The notes under the pieces are model-generated. The model had not been told where the DNA came from. It was given only the letters and a program-made list of their open reading frames with translations, and made no database searches. A DNA stretch of 64,000 bases, from the NCBI GenBank assembly GCA_051362555.1, contig CM120647.1, forward strand, positions 4,402,001 through 4,466,000, read 5' to 3'. Source of the stretch: Lingula anatina (taxonomy: Eukaryota > Animalia > Brachiopoda). Positions 53,061-61,761 of this stretch are shown one piece after another. How positions within the stretch are numbered: the stretch's first letter is position 1; each line of letters begins with the position of its first letter. Both the position numbers and the translations under genes were made by a program.

Positions 53061-54234
53061 GGGGTAGATGGTGAGTTTCTGTTGGCCCGTGAGGGGTAGG
53101 AGGGGCGGGCAGCTCTATTCTCCGATCTGGGACACTGGGACGCTGGGTGGGTACCCCCTGAGCATCTGAAACATTTGTGGTCGTACGTGCAATCCCCCCT
53201 ACAGTGGTTTCCGGAGTGGAATTTGTAGCAGACCCCTTGGGGAAATTTACGAAATGGCTGCCTAGGTGTGAATGACCCCCTTGGGCGAAAATGCTGGACA
53301 TTGTTATTTGGGCGAGAATTGAGAAGAGCCCTGTTCCAAAGATCCCAATTAGTATCCTCCCAAGGGTCACCAGACCTTTCTTTGTTAGCCCTGAAGTTGC
53401 GGTCATAAGCTAACCAGTCCCCCCTTAGCCCTGCTAAGACCCTGATGTCTTCGGCGTATTTAAGTAAATTGGGCGCCTCCTGGGGGTGTTTAAGGGTGTA
53501 CACTGACATGAAAGTGTGAAAGGCCGTTGTCCATTGGGACATGGAGGTGATCTGAGGCCTTCTACCCTGGGAGACTACCAGTGTGATTTTACCGTGGTTG
53601 TTTTCCATGGCCAATGGGAGGGGGTCACCGGGTTGGGGCAATTGCGCTGACTGGTCTTGGAGGAGTAGTGACATGTCGACAAACTCGTTCCCCCAAATTC
53701 GATCTTTTAATTTGTCGTCGACTAGGGCGTGTAAGGGAATGGACTTAGTTGAATACCTATTAGTCTGGGGGGATACTATACCTGTGTCCGCTGAAGGAGG
53801 AGTAGGCGGAGGGTTTTCTGGCAGATTGCGCTGGCCCGACTGAGGTGCCGCCGAGTTGGCTGCCAGTGTTGCCATGGCTTGTGACATCTCCTTGAGAATG
53901 TTGAAAATGGCCTGGTTGTCCACGGGCTGCGGGGTTGAATGTGAACTCCCAGAAGTGGAGGGTAAGGAAGTGTCCGCAGAGGAAGGTGCAGATTTACGAA
54001 CAAGTTGCTTCCCCTTACTGACTCGCGGACGTTTTTCCGATGCTGAAGAGGGGCCGGCGGAAGAAGTGCTCGCAGTAGAGGGAGTAGGGTGAGTTCTGCT
54101 TGCCCGGCGTTTGTTTGGAGTACTCTCAGGAGCTGTTGAACTTCTTGATCTCTTGGGAGGCACTGAAAAGTGTAATGAAGAGAGCAGCAGACAGGTGAAT
54201 TTTTTTGTAAGTTCCCATGTAGTTTTTTATTACT
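52991..54234 (-). CDS. DIRS-type gag (ORF1) with C-terminal zinc-finger/knuckle; start codon probably split by a 71-nt intron
   Basis: 390-aa open frame; LKDRIWGNEFVDMSLLL, QWTTAFHTFMSVY, WLAYDRNFR, CYKFHSGNHC...C..DHKCFRCSGGTHPASQC; A(54234)|GTAATA...TTTTCAG|TG(54162) gives ATG-PPKR. Confidence 0.85.
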
Positions 54235-54260
54235 CGGAAGAGACGGGGAAGGTGGCGGGT

Positions 54261-54670
54261 ATCAAAATCGTACTGAGGCGAATTGAGGAGTGATCCGTTG
54301 ATTGTTCTTTTGCGACTGTCGTGCGTGAGAGCAAAGTGAGAAAGAATACTATCGTACATTTCGTTAAACGCGACGGCGCGTACCTTGTGGAACACACCTG
54401 ACCTAGTTCAACCTGATTGGGCAAAAAATAGTAACGAACCAAATACTCTGATTGGATAAGAAAGATTGGCCAATCACAGCCCATTGCCGATGCAGCACTG
54501 AATCCGCGATTCTATGTGCAGCATTGAATCCGAGGCTCGTCAGTTCATGCAGCACTCAATCCGAGGTTTGTACAAGTATGGCAAAATTACAATGCGAAAT
54601 CCCGTCGGAACTAGGTTACAATCCGTCGCCATAAAACAACGTTTGACTCAGCCGCCAAACTTCCCTTTAT
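54261..54670 (-). promoter_or_regulatory. Repeat R1, internal copy: putative promoter/leader with several CCAAT boxes
   Basis: Matches 56628-56715 + 59246-59580 with only a few mismatches; gattgg x3 and ccaatc at 54414-54476; gcagca(c/t)t(g/c)aatccg repeated three times. Confidence 0.85.
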
Positions 54671-54911
54671 GTCTCCTTGAAAGGAGAAAGGAGCAATAAA
54701 GTGACAAACACAAGTATGATGTTCGAAACTTGGCCGATGCCGGCCGCTTTTATTGTGAATCCTTATACTAAAATGAATTAAATTTTGATGTTAAAATTAA
54801 ATAAATGTGACAGTGCCAAAATACGTAGTTTTTACGCCTGAAAAGACTATTTTTTATATAATTCCCAAAGAACATAGTGCAGACGTTAATTTGTGGGGTT
54901 GCAAAGAGGCC
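54671..54911 (-). repeat. Repeat R2, internal copy, joined to R1 (circle-junction-like ccctttat|gtctcc)
   Basis: Matches 51593-51854. Confidence 0.92.
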
Positions 54912-55019
54912 ATAACCTTGGGATCGCAGAGGCCAAGGAAAACCCCACAAAGGACAAAGGAGCCTGCTGATAAGGACAGAAAGTTTCCAGATGAGTAAGT
55001 AGTGTGTAATGAATAGAAG

Positions 55020-55741
55020 GTCGGAAATGTAAAGACGCAAAACGTGCCGCTCACCTAGGCGTAGCTAGGCGGACGAAAATGTCACAAAAATAAGGCATTA
55101 AAAGTTATGCCACTCAACCTGAAAACCAGGTCGGAAAAATAAAGACACAAAACGTGCCACTCACTCTGACGAAGCAGAGCGGAATATAAAGACACAAGAC
55201 GTGCCACTCACCTAGGCGTAGCTAGGCGGACAAAAATATTACAAAAATAAGGCATGAAAAATTATGCCACTCAACCTGAAAACCAGGTCGGAAAAGTAAA
55301 GACACAAAACGTGCCACTCACTCTGGCGAAGCAGAGCGGAATATAAAGACACAAAACGTGCCACTCACCTAGGCGTAGCTAGGCGGACAAAAATATTACA
55401 AAAATAAGGCATGAAAAATTATGCCACTCAACCTGAAAACCAGGTCGGAAAAGTAAAGACACAAAACGTGCCACTCACTCTGGCGAAGCAGAGCTGAATA
55501 TAAAGACACAAAACGTGCCACTCACCTAGGCGTAGCTAGGCGGACAAAAATATTACAAAAATAAGGCATGAAAAAATATGCCACTCAACCTGAAAACCAG
55601 GTCGGAAAAGTAAAGACACAAAACGTGCCACTCACTCTGACGAAGCAGAGCGGAATATAAAGACACAAAACGTGCCACTCACCTAGGCGTAGCTAGGCGG
55701 ACAAAAATATTACAAAAATAAGGCATGAAAAATTATGCCAC
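55020..55741 (-). repeat. 157-bp higher-order tandem repeat (~4.5 units, 13 double-hairpin modules)
   Basis: cctaggcgta at 55054, 55211, 55368, 55525 and 55682; each unit has three modules sharing tgccactca and cgga with different palindromic inserts. Confidence 0.95.
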
Positions 55742-55976
55742 GTCGTTGCCGACTGGAGTAGGATAAAGGATAAAAGAAAGGAAAATTACCGGTGGTCCTG
55801 AAAAGGTCGGGACCTGACAAAAGGGGAGCTGCGCCTATGGGCCTGAAAAGGACATGTGATGAGGGTGACAATAGATATACAACAAGAAATCTCAAGGAAG
55901 TGATGTAGATATGGACTAAGAGCTATGGATAAATGAAATGATATGGGCCTGAAAGGGACACGTGTTGGAGGACAAT

Positions 55977-56554
55977 TTAGGAAAGCGAAACGCGAAGCCG
56001 GGAGGCCTTCCTAATGATGGCGCCCCGTAGACTACGATAAAGTTTATACTGGCCCACATCCGAGAGGTGCACCCCGTCTGGCTTGATGTGGAGCCGGTTA
56101 ACTCTCCGCAGACCTACATTCTTCCAAAAGGAATGAATGGATTTCTTAGGGGCAAGTCTGCTAGGAGAATATTGAGCTGATCTACTTGGTCATTAAACGA
56201 GGGGTGAGGGGGACGTAGCCTGTGGTGAACTTGGTTCACCACCACATGTGAAACACCAAATACGTCGTGAAAACGACGGGCTAACTCCTCAATATCCCTA
56301 CAGAGGTTTGAGGGAGAAACGTTACGATCGGACAGGTCATTAGAACCGATGATAAGAACGACCAGGTCGGGCCGTACCCGGCGAAGGATCCCCAAATCGT
56401 ACTTGACCAGTTTAGGGACCGTGCGGCCGCCTATCCCGTGCCAGTGCACAGAATTGGGGAAACCAAAATCTTTCGCCGCCCGTACGTCCCGACCCTGGTC
56501 GAGAAATGAACGGAGTCTATGAACAAATGAATGACCAATAACTAGAACTGCCAT
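55977..56554 (-). CDS. SGNH/GDSL hydrolase of the retroelement (one frameshift near 56130)
   Basis: VLVIGHSFV (block I), GIGGRT (II), LIIGSNDL (III); the shifted frame continues FWKNVGL...KPDGVHLSDVGQYKLYRSLRGAI (DxxH, block V) to a stop at 55977; upstream GTAAGT (56617)...CAG (56568) leader intron. Confidence 0.85.
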
Positions 56555-56715
56555 GGTGATCGTAAGTCTGTGAGTCAAAAAACTAGCAAATTATATTGAA
56601 AAAGAGAAAAAACTTACTTGTTAGCTGATCGAAATCGTACTGAGGCGAATTGAGGAGTGATCCGTTGATTGTTCTCTTGCGACTGTCGTGCGTGAGAGCA
56701 AAGTGAGAAAGAATA

Positions 56716-59245
56716 ATGTAGTATAAGTTTGCAACGGCAAAGCCGTTGCGGGAAAGTTACGAGGTCTCATGCATCGAGATGCAAGAGCCTCTTTCAATCC
56801 CCGAGTTCTTGTATATTGTCTTCTGCCTCTATTGCTGTTGCACGTCTGTCCGTGGTAATATTTTGGGTGGCTTGGATTTTTTTTTCCTTCCTCTTACGCT
56901 GGCCGCCCCTCCAGCTTGTGTATTTTTTACAGATGATTCTTTTCTTTTCTTTTTTTTTCCTTGTTTCCGCTATGATTATTCCAATTCTTTCACCTTGTCT
57001 CCGATCGTCGGGTGACCAGAATTTTTCTTAATTTTGAATTGGTGTTGCCCTTTTCAGGGCCAGTTGTATTTTCTTCGGTCGTCGGGAGACCGAAGCCGCC
57101 AAGTTTTTCGTGCACGATCTGTATCATTATTTATATAAGTCAAGGGTAGTATTTTTGCCTGGTTTGCTTAGTATTATGTTTTTCAGCTTTAGTTCTTTAA
57201 ATAGGAGGTTATTTTCAAACCTGCTGATTGTTTTTGTGCCCAGAAAAAATAGTCTGCTTGATATATATTCAATGTTGGCCAGCTCGTGCAGAGTTGTAAT
57301 TCGGGTACTCATAGGAAGTTTGAGTGCTATGCGTAGCGCTCTATTTTGAATTTTTTGTAGGTCGTTGAGCCTTGTTTTTTTGGTAGCCGCCAGTATGACC
57401 GCACCGTATTCGAGTATGGGTCGAATGAATGATTTGTATAATTTTAGGAGGCAGGCACTCGAAGCCCCCCAGTTTGTACCTCTCAGTCTGATAAGAAGGC
57501 CAGTTCTTTTCCTGGCTCTTTTCACTATATTGTCGACGTGTTTTTTAAATGATAGTTTCCTATCAAAGGTGATTCCTAGCAGTGTTACTTCCTCACATGT
57601 TTCTAAACGGTCGCCAAAAAGTGTGAGGTTGATCTTAGGTTGTTGATTTGATTTTGAAAAGATGATTAATTGTGTTTTTTTGGTGTTTAGTTTTATCCGC
57701 CATAGCGAGCACCATAGTTCGAGATCCTTTATCACGCCCGTCAGTCTGATTTCTATGCTTTTTACATTTTTGCATGATGTCCACATGCCTTAATCGTCTG
57801 CAAATTGAGAGACGTCGGTGTTGTGTCTTGGGTTAATTGGTAGGTCGTTCACATATATTAGAAATAGCAACGGGCTGATTACAGACCCCTGAGGCGTGCC
57901 AGCATTGAGACTAACATATTCGGATTCCTCGCCTTTGATTCTGACCTTGATCTTTCTGTCTTTCAAAAAAGATGACAGCAAGCGGACAATCTTAACTGGC
58001 AGGTTACTATTTGCTAATTTGTACCTTAACCCAGCGTGCCAAACTGAGTCAAAAGCCTTCTCCACGTCCAGCATCATAGCGCCCGTAACCCAGCCTTTGT
58101 TTATTGCCAGTTGTGCACTTTCAGCTAGTCTTAACACATGTTCCATTCCTTCTTTCTTGCTCATGTATGCTCTTTGCCATTTATTGAAAAATTGGTCATT
58201 TTCTAGTTTTTCTTTTATTCTAGTGGCGATTATTCTTTCGAATAGTTTGCCTAGGCAGCTTAGCAGGCTGATCGGTCTATAATTCGTTGTTACTTTGTGA
58301 TCTTTCTCAGGTTTGGGTATCATTATACCAGTCGCTTTTTTCCATATTATGGGGAAATATCCCAACTGCAGACAGTTGTTATAAATGTCGCATAGTTTGT
58401 TTTTCAGACATTCGGGTGCTTTTTTAATTATCCCGTTTGTTATTGTGTCGTCACCTGGTGACGTGTTTTTTGTATTTTTCAGATTTCCGTTTAGTTCATC
58501 TATTGTGATTTTTTCTAGAATTTTGTGATTGTCCCCTTCTTCCAGTGTGGGGCTGGATAAGGGATTGAATTTTTTTTTCGTTTTTTTCGACGTAGTTTTC
58601 CACCACCGCTTTAAAACCGTCGTCAAATATGACCCCCTCGTGGGTGTTATGTATCTTGCCAAGGGTATTAGCAAATGCATTTGCTTTCTCCGCATCGTTT
58701 GTTGTAAGTTGCCCGTTTTCTTTGAGTACAGGCTTTTCTGATGTGTCTTTTGCTTTGCCGGTGCTAGTTAGCCTCTTGAACATATCCCAGAAGGTCTTGT
58801 CCATTTTTCTTTCATTTAGCATAGAGGTAGCGGTTTCCCAAGCTTTTTGTTTTTCTTTTTTGATGGCTTCTTTGACCCGTTTTGTCATATAGTTGTACAT
58901 GATTTTATAGAAAGGGCCTTCTTTCTTTTGAGCCAGGCGTCTTAGTTTTCTTTTCAGTTTTATAAGCTTAAGGGTGTCCTCACTTACTCTCCATACATTT
59001 TCTCGTACTTTTGTTTTAGGGCATGCGGTTTCAAGTGCATTTACCAATGTTTCGGTCACATTCTCACAAGCTTCGTCTATTCCAGTGGTGGTAGGTGTGA
59101 CTGCGTCGCTATTTAGATTTTCAGAAATTAGATGGTCAAAAAGTGGTTGGTTTATTTTTCTTGTATTCCGTCGTAAGATGGTTGGTGCTCTTGCTATTCG
59201 GTTATTCTGAATGATTTTTACGTGTAGAGGTAGATGGTCACTACC
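56716..59245 (-). mobile_element. 5'-truncated non-LTR retrotransposon (Jockey/I-group-like RT) inserted in the terminal R1
   Basis: 13-bp TSD gtgagaaagaata (56703-15, 59246-58); begins at the APE end motif GSDHLP; RT motifs NYRPISLLSCLGKLFE, LDVEKAFDSVWH, GTPQGSVISPLLF, QFADD; frameshift at ~58570 and stop at 57790; terminal hairpin gcaacggc-aaa-gccgttgc. Confidence 0.92.
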
Positions 59246-59580
59246 GTGAGAAAGAATACTACCGTACATTTCGTTAAACGCGACGGCGCGTACCTTGTGG
59301 AACACACCTGACCTAGTTCAACCTGATTGGGCAAAAAATAGTAACGAACCAAATACTCTGATTGGATAAGAAAGATTGGCCAATCACAGCCCATTGCCGA
59401 TGCAGCACTGAATCCGCGATTCTATGTGCAGCATTGAATCCGAGGCTCGTCAGTTCATGCAGCACTCAATCCGAGGTTTGTACAAGTATGGCAAAATTAC
59501 AATGCGAAATCCCGTCGGAACTAGGTTACAATCCGTCGCCATAAAACAACGTTTGACTCAGCCGCCAAACTTCCCTTTAT
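59246..59580 (-). repeat. Repeat R1, terminal copy (5' part; the rest is at 56628-56715)
   Basis: Near-identical to 54336-54670. Confidence 0.92.
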
Positions 59581-60236
59581 CGACGATTTCAACAAAATCT
59601 CCACAGAAAATGCAAAAAGTGTTTAGCAGGTAACGACAGAGCGTCCCAGGCTTGGTAGCGTTCCCATACGCTTTTGAAAATTTGATATATAGATGCACAG
59701 CAAAGGAATCTTCTCTGACTTTGCCTTTATCAAGGAAACATTCTCGTATAACATTAGGCCACTCAATAGGATAAAACGATTGCCGATACAAACGTCTGAC
59801 TATGCATGACTTATTTTTCGATACATCTTTAAAACTGTTCACGTCGCACATCCACATGCTATGGTTTCTCGCCACGTGGGTGAAGAGATGCGGCCCATTT
59901 GCCGCCCAACCTATCTCCGTATAGTTAAGGAGGTATTCTTTAATACAATCACGAATAAATGGATGATGTTTACCAAAATTTAGAACAGCGTTATTTAATT
60001 GGACATTTTCTCTATTTTCCCAGGCAGTTACATTATTAAAAAATTTAAAAAACTTTTCACCAAAATAACGTCAGTATCCATGTAAACGCCACCGTACAGA
60101 TATAACAATATCAACCTGATCAAATCACTTTCATGGGCACACCAATTTGGTTCTTTTGAAATAACGGGTATTCTTTTCAAAAACGCTGTCGAGCGACCTG
60201 CGAAAGTGTCTGGTTCCAGATTTTCAATTCGACTTA

Positions 60237-60461
60237 GACCCCATTTCCATAGATTTTAGATCGATCTATCCCTGTGGGGAGTCTCACTAGATTACTGTCA
60301 GCTTAGCCGGCTTAAGTGTCTGCCCCGCCTACTAAAAGCTGTAAAGGGATAATTAACTATGGTGCGCGCTCGGCTGACTGCAATTTAGCGTGAACCCCCA
60401 GGGAGTTAGGTCGATCTAAATCTTAATCTCTGGATCGATCTTAATCTCTGAGAATACACCC
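60237..60461. mobile_element. Harbinger-type MITE H1 inside the GT32 coding sequence
   Basis: TTA TSD (60234-36, 60462-64); removing it rejoins ENLL-SRIENLEP in frame. Confidence 0.85.
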
Positions 60462-61463
60462 TTAGTAAATTTTCGAGAGTATCGTTCTCGACCTCTACTT
60501 GAAAACCTGCCTCATTGAACTCAGAAAACGCCTTCTGTGTCAAAACATCGCTTAGAATGCGTACTTTCGTATTTGGATACTGATAAAATATACTTTCCAC
60601 TTTGTCTGATCATTCGTTGTGTACACTTGAAAGAATACCGATTCAGTTTTTTCATGTTTGTTTAACTGCCTGAATGTTTTGAAGGGTGTGATCCCAAATG
60701 TTATCGCCGTTTCTCGTAATGCGCGGCATTTTCGTATCTCGTACCACAAGGTGTTTCTCATCGTGTGCGGGGGTATTTTGGTGAGATTTTTGCCTCACGC
60801 GCGGCTGAGCAAAATATCTCACGTGTTTGATATTTTTGGTCCCTTGAGGCAAATATCTCAGCGTGTGCGGGGTGCAAGCGCCGATTGCTCACGCCATGCC
60901 AGCAATGCACATGTGCCGGTAGCTGGAAACAAAGAAAAATGGCAGCTCCCTGCGAAGTAAATTAAAATGTACACAGTTATAGTTAGTCTAATTGATTAAC
61001 GTGGTCACCATTTGCCATTACTTCCGGAAAAATAATAAATATGTAATGTTTCCTTAATCACATGACCCTACAGTTCGCGGTGCGTCCGCTAGGGGCAGGC
61101 CGGGAGGCACCTCTGCTGAGCGCATCGTTTGCGGGGAGCTGAGGAGCGCGAGCATCTGGCGCAGCGCAAGTGGCGGGCGCCAATTGCTCACCGTGTGCGG
61201 GGTGCTTTATGAAACAATATGGCAAAAGAAAGTTGAAAATATCTAAATTGTATCAAAAATTGTATCAAAATGGAAAGTAGAATAGGACGTTTTTTTATGG
61301 ACCACCCTGTGCATTCATGTCGAATAATTTAATATTATTGACGACATCTCCCATCTGTCTGGGTAACATACATGTACAGTAGTATAACACAGACATTGAC
61401 CATCTGGTTCTGGGCAGGTCTTTCGAAGCAGTTGTTATGATCATATGTTACGCCTGCTTGGTC

Positions 61464-61473
61464 TATATAAAAG
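61464..61473 (+). promoter_or_regulatory. TATA box
   Basis: TATATAAAAG 60 bp upstream of ATG 61524. Confidence 0.55.
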
Positions 61474-61523
61474 TCTCGTCAGATGCAACATTGTCTAAGT
61501 AAACGACGCATCACTTTCACGAC

Positions 61524-61702
61524 ATGGACAGCGTTGTAAGGTAAGCACCGCTACAGAGCAATTACATAATAATAGGAATGCGGGTGCGATTTCTTCGCCG
61601 TGTGATGTTTCATAAAACTATACTTAAGCACAATAGTAAAATAATATACATAGTTTATAGGTAACGGATAAGGTTAGAGAGCCGTTCATATATGGAGTAG
61701 AC

Positions 61703-61761
<59 letters not shown>

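Larger units (their letters stand above)
51593..59580 (-). mobile_element. Tyrosine-recombinase retrotransposon (DIRS superfamily, PAT/Ngaro-like split direct repeats), non-autonomous, two-cassette
   Basis: Order on minus is R1-SGNH-R2-R1-gag-(pol stub)-YR-R2; TTTAT is shared at the left, internal and right junctions; gag, YR (HSFRIGAA) and SGNH motifs present. Confidence 0.9.
51390..60761 (-). pseudogene. Alpha-1,4-glycosyltransferase (GT32, A4GALT/A4GNT-like) pseudogene, split by the YR retroelement and a MITE
   Basis: ESIFYQYPNTKVRILS; AHESDLIRLILLYLYGGVYMDTDVIL (DxD); LNNAVLNFGKHHPFIRDC; WAANGPHLFT; FYPIEW; AVHLY. Frameshifts near 60600 and 60035. The frame at 59581 continues in phase into ORF 51390-51584. 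Confidence 0.85.

Noticed and set aside
55160-55190. Hammerhead ribozyme (CTGACGA on plus)
   Set aside because: Other units read CTGGCGA, there is no GAAA core with a proper stem II, and it lies antisense to the cassette.
55020-55741. CRISPR-like array (constant tgccactca with variable inserts)
   Set aside because: The inserts recur with 157-bp periodicity rather than being unique spacers; eukaryotic context; no cas genes.
57127-59305. LINE RT serving as a replacement for the missing DIRS RT
   Set aside because: A 13-bp TSD shows an independent later insertion into R1; the RT has a frameshift and a stop.
58496-59305. ORF starting MFHKVRAVAF as a real protein
   Set aside because: Its N-terminus is R1 sequence (same as ORF 54126-54395) read through the LINE 5' junction.
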